From positions 244,582 to 308,581 of the forward strand of contig NMRA01000067.1 of NCBI GenBank assembly GCA_002633005.1: a stretch of DNA of 64,000 nt. Reading direction: 5' to 3'. Below are positions 12,367 through 25,581 of the stretch, piece after piece; positions within the stretch are counted from its first letter, which is position 1, and every line of letters starts with the position of its first letter. This stretch comes from Phoronis australis (taxonomy: Eukaryota; Animalia; Phoronida). The notes beneath the pieces are model-generated. The model did not search any database. It saw nothing but the letters and a program-made list of their open reading frames with translations, and was not told the DNA's origin. The position numbers and the translations under genes are program-made.

Positions 12367-15095
12367 TTAATAGATTGTTTACTTCTATGAACGACTGTAA
12401 CGGGAAAGGTGAATGTTACGGCAGGGTCAAATGTTCTGGAAAGAAATTTGTACTGCCTAGGGAAAGAATCCCGCAGCCGCACACCTTGCTTACTAATATC
12501 TGACAGTGACAGTTCTGCTTGAAGCTTTGAACACGGAGTCTTTAGCAATATTCCTGTCTCTTGCGGTTCACTCTTAGGTGTAGCTATTTCCCCTCGGCGT
12601 TTCCCACTAGCTGCTATCCGTGCGAAAGCACGGGTAACGGCTAGTCTCACTTAAACATCAAAAGACTTATTCACAACGACATCGGGGTCTAGTGAACCAA
12701 TAGTCCTTTTGCGAGTTTATAGCAATTATAACGCTAGATTATGTGAGACTTAACTGTGACGTCACCGGAATGGTGAAAAAGCTTGTCGTTTAGCCATTTG
12801 CCCGATACGGTAGCAGAGTATATTCTGTTGTTTACTTCGAGTTTTTAATCTTTTAGTGTGAAAAATGTCAAACAAGCATTACTGTTATGGCAAATAAAAT
12901 TCAGATTCGCACTACAATACGTTCCATCACGTTCTGTGCTAATTTCGTCCCGTGTATTTTAAACGGGTGGTAGGCGAAATCCGCTCCCTGATTAAGTTTT
13001 CACCGCGCCAAAAATACATTCTACACCTAAAATTATCACCTCAGTACTAAGACGCTTACTTTCTTCAGTGATCATTTCTGCTTCTAAACCTATCTTCGAT
13101 AAAGCAGGTGACATTGGCGAAGAATTCCAACTCCGCTTTTTGGTTACTGTTAACTTTGATCGCGCGCGCGATAACCACAAGGTATTTCAACCGAGTCAGG
13201 TGAGTATGAGACACACGCTAGCGCGAGACTGAGCGAAGCGCGTGACCTGGCGCGTAACACTTTCACAATAGCATGGGAAAATATCGAGTGAAATTTGTAA
13301 GATTTGTGTCCCTTGGACTTTTTGTTCGTCAACATGCGTGATTTCACTTAAATTCCTCAAAATGGTGCCCGCTGAGAGAAACTCGAGCGAACCGCGAGGT
13401 TTTCATGGATATGTTCAAGTTATCTGTAGACTAAATTGTATCCCAGAGTCAGGGTATGTGCTAATTATAACTCCATGTGCACATGTGCATGTTTCAATTG
13501 ACTTTATTTGCTGTATTTTGATTTGAGTAACTTTTTATGGGAATCTACCATCGCCCCTGTATGCCTGGAGCATTCAGGCCTAGACCGGCGGGTCGAGTTC
13601 CAATTCAGTCCATTCACAGCTTCGCACAACATAACAAGTTCACATTTTCTTCGTCCATTCTCAGTTATTCCACTCGACCATCCTAATTAAATCGTGTTAA
13701 CGCTTTAAGCGTAAAATTCAACATAAGAACTAACAGTAAGATTTCGCGTATGTAGCAAAGACTCAGGGCAAAACAAGAACAATATGGCGGGTTTTGCCCT
13801 CCTTCCGGTGACGTCACATTGACTAACTGGAAACTCGCAAGTGAGCTATTAAAGAACAGGTCCCTGCGTGCAGTGTGAGACAGGTAGGCAATCAATGGAG
13901 ATTCGTCGTGCCTATGGCGGCATCCTAACAGAATGCGTGCACCAGAAAACTAATCTATCTATAGCAGCTCCGTGACAATTACGGGATTATGTCGGGGCGT
14001 AAGAGGCTGTGTTAAACATCTTACGAAAGGACTGCACACGCGCAACATGACAAAGAAGTAAGGAGCGAATCTTTTCTCACGTGGGTCAGAAAAATCCTAA
14101 TAGGCTTACCACGCGATGGACTCACGTTCTAACTACGACAGCAAAAGCAGCAGCAACAGTAACAGCGATTTTGATGACGTAGCTGGTGCACTATTTATTT
14201 AGAAGTGCCGCTCCGTTCTCTTTTGATGTGCGACTTGGGTGTGGTGTGCACGTCTAAGTTCTCACACTTGAACCCCGCGATATAGTTAGTGAATAATCAG
14301 GACATCTTACGTGAAAAGTAAAATAATGTTTTTATACCACAGAGTTTATCGTAGTCAGATTTCGAACAAAACGTAGCTGTTGTACGGAGTTTTACTTGGG
14401 TTCAAATACTTCGATACTTGGTTCGCCGTGAGTGAATGATAGCGCCCTATCACATACCTATGCCGCTGTTCATTGTGTTGGAGTCGAGGGGTGCTTTACC
14501 CGACACCACTGTTTCAGTTAGTAATCGCGTCATTAATTGAAATTTATGGTTAAACTAGGAATTTTTCTAATTGGTGTCGTTCCTTGAGCAATGAGGTACT
14601 TAGTTTTTCACTGTCCCAACCGGCAATCAACTGTTCAAGCTATGGTTAGTGCAACAATGGGCTGTTTTCATAAAATAATGCCAATACACAAGTGGACTGT
14701 GACAGGTCAAGAAAATGAGAGGGGTTTCCGATGGGGGCACATGCCATGGGGGCGGAGGGCATTTAATGTATAATAATTAATTAGTGGTTGTGTGGAATAA
14801 AACGAAACAAAGATGTGTTGCACAAAAGTACGACTAGTGGGGTATTTAACATGTCTAGGCTCACTTTACCCCACCTTTAAGCAGGTACAACGGCTTTGCT
14901 AACACTCACTCTGCTGGTTATAGTTAATAACCTGGTGAATATGTGCAAGTCTTTTGTTATTTCATGTCAACCGCAATTGTTACAAAGCTACTGTGGGCTG
15001 TGCGAGATAAAATTTAAGGTATCGCCTCGTTGTTTCCCCCGATCATATTTATTTACTCCTAGTTTTAACTTGCAGCTTAAATAGCTTCAGCTGAC

Positions 15096-15397
15096 ATGGA
15101 GCCTTACTCTCTCACAGTAGCTGTTCTCTTAGTTGCGTGTTTCCAAGATGTGTTCGGTGTCTTGAGCACGCAACAGCTTCAGGACATTGATGGAGTTGTT
15201 TCGCAGCTGATGAGGTGTCGTGATGTGCCTGGAATGGGGGTGGCTGTTGTAGTGAACGGCCAGACTGTCGTTCAGAAGGGTTACGGTTTCGCTGATGTCG
15301 AAAATAATGTCCCGTTCACGGAGAAGACCCTATTTTCAATCGCGTCTGTCTCCAAGCAGATGTCGGCGACATTACTCGCCTTGCTCAGCGAGAAAGG
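15096..15397 (+). CDS. Gene A exon 1 (signal peptide, SVSK catalytic motif)
   Basis: ATG 15096; MEPYSLTVAVLLVACFQDVFG...VPGMGVAVV...GYGFAD...FSIASVSKQ; donor GG|GTAAGT. Confidence 0.92.
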
Positions 15398-18300
15398 GTA
15401 AGTACTTCATAAATTTAGAGTTTCCGGTTCATAAACGCACCCAAAGCAGATTCGCGTGTGGGCAAGTCTTATGTAAAAAGTGCAAAGGTACATCTATTGG
15501 CACAGGTCGTGGGGGATGTGGGTGAAGGGGTTTCGTGGGTGGAGGGGGTCATAGCCGGGGTGTGGGGGTGCAGGCCGTTTTCAAGAACGATCCATTTCAA
15601 GGTTAGCGAACCGATCGAGTTGCCCAATCTCGACCGATGAGAGCTGTCAACGTAGGTTTTTTTCAGTCATGGTAATAACTACCTCTGGATGAACCAAAGT
15701 ACACGTTAACACGACGAAATTAGTAAAATTTCTAATTGAGAGCACCCCAAACCCCGTGGGATCCCCGTCGTGCCATGTTCGGCCCGGGTTGCCCCTTAAG
15801 AATCTGCCTCTCCGGATTACCTGGATTACACAGCGATAGAACATCTCCTTTGTCCCGAAGGTCAAAAACTGAGCGTATTACTTTTATTTACCTAGTTTTG
15901 GCCGTCAGGCACATTTTTACAAGCCATGTCGGAAACAGTCGAGATTTATGTCCGTGGATGATATTCCCGATACCAACGGTTTAAAAGTGCCAAATTAAAG
16001 GTATTTGCAAGAAAGGGGATTCTGTTCACTTTAAAGTTAAACCGACGAACTTGCTTAATCCACCGTGACTTGCTCCGCATTTTCTTGTCTTTGATTTATA
16101 TCGGGAAGGCGACTAACATGACTCACCCAACACTCGACAACAAGAACGAACAACGCCGAGGCGACAAAAGGGCTTTGGCGGATATTGCGGCATTGTGGGA
16201 AAGACGAGATTCAACTGTCGCTGCTCGCTGGTTCCCTGCGTGCCGCAAGGTGGTAGTAAGCAGACAGGTATCACTTATCTCTCTGGTTCCCAGCGTGCCG
16301 CTAGGTGGTCAATAACCAGCTCGCAGGTAGCACTAATTTCGCTCGGGAAATTTTTTTACAGCGACGTTTCTGATTGGCTAGTTGAATTCTCAACAGGCAG
16401 CGCTTTACGCAAACAAACTGGCATGACTGATGGACTGAAGTGTAAACGTGGTCTGCTGTACAGAAAAATCGTTGCTTAAAATTCATGTTCAATGAGGAAA
16501 TGTGAATCCTAGAAATTGTAGTTGCGCCTTTTCGGAGTGCATCTTTCTACTGTCTATGACTTTTGTTTACGATAGTGTCCTGTATTCATACAGTATGAAT
16601 AACACATCGGTTAAATTGGCCAGATATGTGTTTATTGTACATGTATGTGCTTCAAGCACGCGGCTATTAAACATTACTGCAGGAACGAAATAGTTTCTGC
16701 GACGCCACTTGCATGACAAGGCTAAAAATCGTTCACAGTCCGCCATTTTTTCACGGTGTTGGAAAGCTAACCAATGACTGCTGAGGTTACATCGACCGGC
16801 TAAAGCACGTGCCACTGCGTGATACCTGCGTGTTGGCCATACACGTAGGGAACCAGCGAGTCACTTAATTTTCCTCGGGGAAATTTTTTTACACCGGCGT
16901 TTCTGATTGGCTGGTCGAATGCTCAACAGGCAGCACTTTGCGCAAACAAACTGGCATGACTGATGGAGGAAGTGTAAATGTGGTCTGTTCTCACTGACAA
17001 ATCGGTGCTTAAAATTCATGTTCAAGAAATGTGAATCCCATAAATTGTGGTTGCGCCTTTTCGGAGTGCATCTGTCTATTATCGTTGACTTTTGTTGACG
17101 TTGCTGTCCTGAATTCGCATAGGAATGGCACACTAGTTAAACCGGCCAGGTGATTGCGTGTTTATTGTTCATGTGTGTGCTTCAAGCACGCGGCTATTGA
17201 ACATTACTGCAGAAACGAAATAGTTGCTGCTACGACACTTGACAAGGCTAAAAATCGTTTGTTAGTCCGCCATTTTCTCACTTTGTTGTAAAGCTAGCCA
17301 ATGACTGCCGAGGTTACATCAACCAATGATAAAGCGCGTGCTACTGCGTGATACCTGCGTGCTGACTCGGCACGCAGGGAACCACCGCTGTGTAGTCCGG
17401 AACGGCGCTTGGTTCTACCTTATAATACTCCTTTTTCATAAACAACGAATTTGTTGGTTTTTGATTTGCCTGTTTATGTATCTACGAAAATCGATTGATT
17501 CATGAATAATTTTTGACAGTTAGATTATTTTCTCAGAATTGATTATGCTTCAGTGAACACTGTTGAAGATTGAAGTTGGGAAAATCTCTGTCGTGCATTA
17601 CCTGAATAGCGAAGTACATAAGGGGATTTTTGTCTATATGAAATAACTCTAAATGATATTACAGACAATTGGGTAATTGCTAACGAACTTGCCAGAAACG
17701 TACCAAGGTTGGTAGACTAATGTCTGCTTGGATCAACGAAATAAGAGCTTTTCAAACCCTAATGTTTCATGCTAAAACCTTCTTCAGAATATCATGGAAA
17801 AAAACGATCAAAGAAATACTGCCAGACTTCGAACTGAATTCCGACTTCTTGACGAATATAACTACAATAAGGGACGTCATGGCGCATAGGACTGGAATTG
17901 TGTCGAACGACCTCACTTGGCTACTTGGTGAACTTGACCGAGACGACTTATACAGGCAGGTTTATGAGTTATGTACTTTTTACACGAGAACACGTATCGT
18001 TAATTCCTACTGGTTAATTTTGTTCATGTTCATTTTCATTTTTCTTATTTCAGGTTTTTGCTTTTTTAGCGGATGTAGACTTTTGTGTTTGAAACTATCG
18101 ATCGCGGAGAAGTTGAAACAGTCTTTAATAAGCTTGCTTTTACAAATTATTTACCACCTTTTTACCAAATATTTTGCCCTATCAATTTCGGATTGAAAGG
18201 GTGGCCATGGCGTCCCCCTAAAATCCTCCTTTGGGGGCTGCGAATGTATGATGGGCAAAATCCTGGCTTATACTTTACCCTGGCTTCCTCTAACTCAAAA

Positions 18301-21300
18301 TCCTAGATCCGCCCCTTCTTATTATCATATAATTCACTGTTTATTTTGTTTCAACTGACCTCCACTTTCCACGACGATTTTTACTGCCATCAACACTGAA
18401 ACGTCGCGCAAAATCCAATACAGAGGATCGGTACAAACAGCAGTCGTGTAATTCTACAAGGTCTTCACCAAAAAGTGCTTTATTTCAGCTGAAAAAGAAA
18501 ATGTATTTTAAGCAGTCCACAGTACGGAGTAATACACAAATGTCCACTGAAAATAATATGCTCACTATTGTTTGCTTTCCGTTTGGAGAGACAGGTTTGC
18601 TCTTAAATTTTAAAAATTCGTTCATGTGGGTCCATGTGTATTTTGACAGGTTTGCTGTTTTTTATTCAGCATCGACCTTTAAGGTCACATGCAGTGCAAT
18701 CCAAAATTGCAAATTTCAAACTAGAATAAAACACATTTAGCCGTGGCGAATCTTTCAAATGTTTCCGTTCTCTTCTATCACAGTCTATTGGTCTATGGCT
18801 TTATCACGACTTACAGGAACGCTATCTCGTCGTACTGAAAGCAAAACCAAACAAAGGATTCTACACCATTAGAAGACTAGTGGTGACACTTTTTAACTAC
18901 TTCTTCATCTTATTGTAATAGTATTGACATTTTTTGTGTAGGTAATCCTATGAAAATGTAAAATTAATACAATTTAACTAAATCGAATGATTGTGTGAGC
19001 GTAAAAGACTAAGAAAGTGCTTCCCTTTATCCTTTCCTCTACCCCCACTTTTGAAATAATCTCATGTTAATTGTACGTCCAATCACTGTAAATTATTTTG
19101 ATATTCTTATTTCTGCATGGTGAACGGATATTTTTGTTGTACGGAAATGTAGCTGTGGCCACCCAACCCCAGCCATATCTACTAACTATTCAAAAATATG
19201 ATTTCTGGGTAAATAAATGTATTTAACTGAATAAAATATGAACCAGAACAACAGTTTTCAAAGGTGTTGTTGCACGGGGCTTTCATGTTTCTTTTGTCTA
19301 AAGTCACTTTATACGAAAAAATCTCATAATATTCCAGGCGTCTTAAATTTAGCAGTGCTAAATATGAAGCAGATTTTCGTGATGTTCTTCGGTACAACAA
19401 CGTCGTCTTCTCGATTGCTGCGAAGTTGAGTGAAAAACTGGGAGGGAAAACTTGGGAAACGCTCATGGAAGAACGAATATTCAAACCTCTCGGTATGACG
19501 GCGTCCACATTCTACGACAAGCAGGCTCCCGACTGGACAAACTTTGCCAAAGCCTATGTGAAATATAGCAAAAGTGCCAACTGGACGTTGAGAGACTCTC
19601 GAGTTATCAGGTGTGGTTGAATTTTACTATATTATACATGGTCCGATCTAAGATTTGTCTATCTCACAATGAATGGTTTTATTAGATCTGCTTGGCAACT
19701 TGCGAAATTGAAACTAGCTAGAATTAAACGTTACTGTACACGGAGTACAGCCGGTTAGCAATCAATCGGAGAGTTTCGGAAACAAAGGTGTGCTGAACGG
19801 GACGACTTGTTAGAGTTAATAAATCTTAAATAATATCAATATGAGAGGAATTCTGAGTTTGATTTATGGTATGATTGTCACATGTTAGTGAGCAAACTGC
19901 TTTGTTCACGTTAACTGACAATTTTTATAACAACAAAGCAGTATCAGCACGATGATTAGAAGCATTTACCAAAAAGGTCCCTTTTCCTTGAAAACATTGA
20001 TTTCCAAGAATTCTTGTGAAGATTTATTTAGATGCACAATATGGGGGTGATTTGGAACTCACATGCCAATCTTTGTGTTCAAATTTTGTAAAAAATAGCC
20101 TTCTAAATGTAAAGAGGCTTGAATCGTACAAATTGTTAGCGTTCTAGTCAATTGTGTTGTTTAGAAGACTGCCAGGCTCAACGCACATGTACCAAGCTGT
20201 GACATCTGACTCAGATATGGACACTGGGACTCGTCTCAATGTAATTTGATTTGCTTGTGGCACTTGTCTCGTTGCATATCCCGAATTCTTGGCAAGTGGT
20301 GTTAAGGACGAAATGTTCGAAGAATTTTATGAATAACCTTATCAACTACGTTGCTGAAATGTAGAACCGTGCTCTTTTTGGTGAACCTAAAAACTACAAA
20401 TTGCACACCAAGCACAACTACATATCCATACGGACAGTTCAATGAATCGGCCTGTTTCCTGTATCGTAACCTTTTACTAGGAAAATACTGCGAATATAAG
20501 CAAGGGCAAGCGTGTGAAACCTAATTTCTTTGATTATCGAATGAAACAATTGAGTTCTGCCTTTTTCCGGCAGAATTTAATTTTTTTATTTTTATGCGCC
20601 CACATTATTTATGTGCCGTCACCTGTCTGGGCATCAGTTGTCTGGGTGTCCGACGTCCGTCGATGTATCTCCTAAACCCCTGCAGTATCTTTAAGAGAGT
20701 TTACAGGAGCGTTCAGCTATAAAGTTTTACCTTAATCCTTTGCAGGACCTATGTGAAACGTTGCAAGTGTTGTCCTATAAATATGCTGCCCGCGACACTG
20801 ACTCGGGCTGTGGCGTTCGCCTTTGTATCTTGAGAGTTATCCTTCGGTTTTTCATGAAATTTAGCAAACATGTTTCTGTTATGAAAATGACAATACCAGT
20901 TTGGAACTCGAAGTACTCTGCGCAACCATTATTTTCGGGTGATCCAGTGTGTACGCTCCGAATCATTATGGAAATTGTCAGATATGTTCCTACCGACAAG
21001 AGCACGACTGACATGCATTTTCAAATGGGTCCATCTACTGTGGTGCTCCTTAATGACATTTTTTATATCTGCGGCTGATTCTTCTTTAACTCCACCTTGC
21101 AAGGATTTTTGGAAATTTAGCAAGCGTATTCATAGTACCTTAACAACAGACGGATGAATCGGACTACCACTTCTCCTCCTGGTGATGTTTGTTTACATTC
21201 GCTTGTGTTGGAGTTCCTTGACGGGTTTTCATGAAATCTAGCAAGTGCAACGGTCGACGTTAAAAGCCAGGTCTTATTTGACGATCTGTCAAAAATCTCA

Positions 21301-24300
21301 GGTCGCCAAACAAAATATGAGGTCGCCAAAATTGGAAACGAAGTCACCGCCACCGACTACTGAGGTTCCCTGTTCGGTGTAACATTCCGTCGACCAAAAA
21401 AATAATGGAAAATAAAATAAAATAAAAAGGGCGTGTGGCTGTAACGGCAACCATTTTCCTTGCCCTCCCATAATTTTCCTCGCAGGCGTACGCACATTCA
21501 GTCTCTAACCCAGTTATTGCTCTTACCACCGACGTACGCAGGAGGCAGACGACCGACCGATCGTGTCCAATTTTTTCCCAATAATCCCGACTTCTGTCTG
21601 TTTACTTCCTGTGGTAATTTCAAGGTGGTAGCAAATGCGTTCAATTCACGAAATAAACGGAACAATTGTGAATCAAAGATAATAATTCTAGAAACACTAT
21701 AAGTCAACACGAACCATAAAACGAATTTAGAGGAAAATGTTGTCTGACTTTGATACTCGCAGTGACGACTCCGTGGCGGACTTGGAATTTTCCCAGGTCT
21801 CCTGAGCACAAGTTTTCTACTTAGGAGACTACGACGTCTTCTCATTTTAGACAGATTCGACATATTCTGTGCCATCTATTGGCCATGTTTATGAATACAA
21901 TAAACGTTCCTAGAAGAAGACCCTGCATGCGGTGCAATCGTGGGAGCATTTCAGAGCTTCACGTTGCTCTTGTCACGAATACAAGAGAATGCCTAGACTT
22001 TCCTGACTGCGCATGGCTCGGGCCCGCCCACGCACAAAATTCTTCTCTCGTGTATGCTATTCCCTTTTCGTAGGGGACACTTTTCGTGAAACATACCCCT
22101 GGGGACGATGGATAGTGGATTTTGCAAATAGACAACGTATACAGGGTATGTCTAATCTCTTTCTATATCCAATATTTACCGAGTCCTGTTGAAACCTGTC
22201 TATTACACAAAACTGTAGTCGAAAACGGCTGAGGCGTAATGCTGCAAATACAAAGAATTGCTATTTGGTACATGGGCCAGAGGCCCGGTTGCACAAAACA
22301 GACAGGGCGTTGGTTCTATAGCTTACTGCTCTGTTTGATTACAACCAGAGTTGATTTAATATGTTTACTATAGAATACTAGAGAACATTCTTGTAAATTC
22401 CAGCACATAAGTGATTTATTAGTATAGAACGGTGATTGAGTAGATTCCGGAAAGTTCTAGCATCCGCGGCGGCAGTGTAATGTGGACGTTAGGCTGAACG
22501 AGGGCACATTGCTCTAGGGCAAATAGTTTTAGGATACCTCGTAGTGCGAACACTACTCATACGTAGCGGTATGTCAGTTACATGTTATGCTTGCTATCGC
22601 ATCACCATGATTAACTGTGTGATTCAGCCCAAATTTCCAATAGCCTGTCTGTCGACAGATTTGCCTTTCTCACATTAGCTTTGAACAATTGCAAGCAGCG
22701 ACAACTTTAGCGAATGTGGATCTATTTCAATGACCTTCTCTCAAGGTGTTGCTCTAGTTCAAACACTTGAAAATACATCAAACCAAATTAAGTTATAATG
22801 TTTTTCTCTTTACTTTAATCCATCTGCCTTTTTGGACACAATATTGTACCTCGGCCGAAATCAAAAAAAAAACAAAAAAACGATCGATTACTCTCGTCTA
22901 TTTCTTGACTCCATTCTTGATGTTTCAGTTCATTTTTCTTTCTTCGTCAACATTCTGAGTTGAAAATATCACGATGAATAAAATGTTTACAAAGGCGCAG
23001 TTAGGCAATAACTCGGCATCCGCCCATCTCCAATAGCCACGAAGTGTACCCCAGCTTGAGGACAACCCAGTTCAGAGCCTGGGTGAAACGATTAGCGCGT
23101 TGACGAAAAGGTCCTAATTTATTTCAAATAATATTAAGAACTCAACGTATAATTTGCTGCAGGTATTGAACCAAGCTAAAACTTGTGGCAACAACGAAGA
23201 CAAAATAGCTGAAGAAAGGACAAGCAGTCCACGAATGCGCTGAAAATTTACAGAACACTATTGAGGATATTCAATTGGGATTTTTTTCTTGGAGAAGCCA
23301 CAGATCCTGTAATCGGGCCTTGGACAGTATGTTTGCTGTTGCTGTGTAGTCATTTCTTTTACTTATCACTGAACGATTCATCATTTTATTAAAAAATGTA
23401 TAGGAAACAAACGTGCTTTTATGTTTTTTAATGAAGATAACACGATTTCTCAGTTACACAATGCGTCCTGACAGTTAACAGTTAACAAGGTTCAAGCTTT
23501 TCATTATCAGAAAACTAGTTTTACAACATTTGAACACAAAAGTTGGCATTTGTGTTAGAAGCATCCTCTATTTTGTTGCTACCAAATAATTTTAAATGAG
23601 ATCTGTTGGAAATCAGAGTGTTGAGCAAATTTGCGGACATTTTCGCCAACACCGCATACTTTATCTAAAAATTGTCACGGAAACGACTCGGCGTGTTCAC
23701 TAAACGAAGACACACCATCACACCTAAATCAGCCACGTGTTTGCTCTCAGATTGACGAATATTTAAAATTAAATAAGTTATAAACTTAAATTTCACCAGT
23801 CGTCCCGTTCAGCGCGCCGTTGTTGTGGAAACCTTGGAAATTAGCCGGTTGCACTTGGGCACTTTCGTACACGCATTTCTTATACAACGTATGTATTGTT
23901 TAGTTTTACTGGTCTTTTCATGTATGAAGTCTTTGTCGATGTACCGTGCGATGTTTAGTTTGGGCTTGGGTATAATACATAACATTTCCAATAACAAAAT
24001 GCATCATATATAATGTAAACTTCTCCATTGAATCCCTTACAATTATTCCAAAGGTTCCCAAGAAATAAGCTTTTAAAATATTTCATAAAAAGCAATGTCC
24101 TTAGTCGAAACTGTTTCTTTAGACTGTTTCTCGATTTCTAAATTCTGTGATGTGTGTGGTTTTGTAATTTTAGTTCTGTAGGCGCGATAGGTCCCGCTGC
24201 CTCGATAGCGTCCACTGTTGAAGACATGGCGAAGTATTTGAAGTTTTTGGTCTCTGAGGGTAAGACGGAGGACAACCGTACCCTGGTCCCCTCTAAGGTT

Positions 24301-25581
24301 CTCCAAGGAGTCTTCTATCCCGTTATGGTTTTACCTCAGCCCTGGTTTGGCGGTGCTATGAGTCTAAACAGCGCCCCTTTTAAATGGTCGTTGGATTATT
24401 ACGCCAAAGGTTGGATGGTTGGTTGGTACAAAGGTAACGTCAAGTTATTGATAGATTCTATACACAGCCACGCGTAAACATCCCCACAGAATACACAGGA
24501 AGAGTTAAAGCTTCTATAAACTTGCATTCCGTCTAAAAAGCAAAATTTTGATTTAGACCAAATACCATAATCAGTCAGCTATTAAAGCAGACACTGGGTA
24601 CACATGTATGAGTGACCCGGTTTCTTGTGCAAGTCCAAGTGACCACTCAGTATCTATAAAGTAGATCATAGTTTGTAGGATTAATCACATGTTGCAGCAA
24701 CCTAGTAGAAATTTGGTAATTTAGCTTGGACTTGTGAACTGATCCGTAACTTGGTTAAATAGACATGATGACTAGCCCAAGATGGCGTGGGGGAATTGTG
24801 TAGCAAGTTTTCTTCATTTTGTTCGTTAGTATTGCTTATCGCTCGTGTTTTTCCAGGTCACAAAATACTTGCACACGGTGGTAATTTGTTTGGTCACGAC
24901 TGTTTTATGACGTACATCCCGGGAAAAAAGAGCGCCATCTACACTTTTGCAAACGGACCCTCGTCGATCCCGTCCATTAAAGCCAACATTCTGCTGCACA
25001 ACTACATTGTTGACGTGGCACGTGGCGACACACCTTGGCTTAATGGCTCTACAGCATGTTCATATCCACAACCGTGGGGAAGTGCAGACAACTTTTACTA
25101 CAGCCTGCCAATCTTCAACTTCCCGAGGAATCTCTCACTTTCTCGACCCATTGATGAGTACTTGGGCACTTTTGGAAACTTTGCTCTGGGAAATCTTACA
25201 GTAATTAAAAATGAAGACGGTCGATTACAGATGAATTATGGCATACACGGAAAATTAGTCTTATATCCTCAAGCAGAGAAAGACAAGTTTTTCGTTGAAG
25301 CAAAAGAACCGATGGCGCATATCCCTGAAGTGAACTCTCGATTCAGCAAATTTCGTTATGTCCATTTCGCTGACGCCGTTAATGGGAAATTAAATAAGGT
25401 AAACGTGGCCGTGTTTAATTTTATGGACCCGCCAATATTTGTGAGAAATCAAAAACTATCGGATGCCTCAATGCCACACAGTGATCCCTGTGACATCTCT
25501 GGTTCACCACAGTCTCCGCCAGGTTCGCGCGTGTTTCTACTCGTCTTGAGTTTTCTTCTGCATCACGTCTATTTGTCGTAG
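15096..25581 (+). CDS. Gene A: beta-lactamase-family serine hydrolase (SxxK/YxN/HxG + DUF3471-like domain), signal peptide and GPI-like tail, ~575 aa, 5 coding exons
   Basis: Exons 15096-15397, 17788-17955, 19338-19610, 24174-24433, 24857-25581 join in frame (1728 nt; intron phases 2,2,2,1). Motifs FSIASVSKQ, AHRTG, RYNN, GPAASI, AHGGN. Hydrophobic N-terminus and hydrophobic C-terminal tail. Confidence 0.9.
16224..17385. mobile_element. Same MITE family, double-unit copy in gene A intron 1
   Basis: TIR at 16224, internal end at 16860, second unit 16861-17385; empty site in gene B intron 1 near 38720-38740. Confidence 0.8.
17788..17955 (+). CDS. Gene A exon 2 (GC donor)
   Basis: Acceptor ttcttcag|A; ISWKKTIKEILPDF...ITTIRDVMAHRTG...DLY; donor AG|GCAGGT required for frame. 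Confidence 0.87.
19338..19610 (+). CDS. Gene A exon 3 (YNN motif)
   Basis: Acceptor attccag|G; RLKFSSAKYEADFRDVLRYNNVVFSIAAKLSEKLGGKTWETLMEERIFKPLGM; donor AG|GTGTGG. Confidence 0.9.
20470..22060. mobile_element. Non-autonomous element with degenerate internal tandem repeats (HINE/Helentron-like) in gene A intron 3
   Basis: Absent at the homologous B site (~43710); motif TTTTCATGAAATTTAGCAA recurs at ~20850, ~21107 and ~21226; GTCC-like microrepeat near 20640. Confidence 0.45.
24174..24433 (+). CDS. Gene A exon 4
   Basis: Acceptor aattttag|T; SVGAIGPAASIASTVEDMAKYL...YAKGWMVGWYK; donor G|GTAACG. Confidence 0.9.
24857..25581 (+). CDS. Gene A exon 5 (HGG motif, DUF3471-like domain, GPI-like tail)
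   Basis: Acceptor tttttccag|GT; HKILAHGGNLFG...IDEYLGTFGNFALGNLTV...SRVFLLVLSFLLHHVYLS*. Confidence 0.92.

Larger units (their letters stand above)
4943..12644 (+). mobile_element. Non-autonomous Helitron (~0.96 kb after removing nested inserts)
   Basis: 5' A|TCTATTATATAAAA at 4943; 3' hairpin CCGTGC-GAAA-GCACGG (12618-12633) then CTAG|T (12641-12645); own segments 4943-5166, 9199-9662, 12371-12644. Confidence 0.8.

Noticed and set aside
17720-18196. 158-aa ORF with a hydrophobic C-terminus suggesting a membrane protein
   Set aside because: Only 17788-17955 is exon; the rest is T-rich intron read-through not conserved as an ORF in B.
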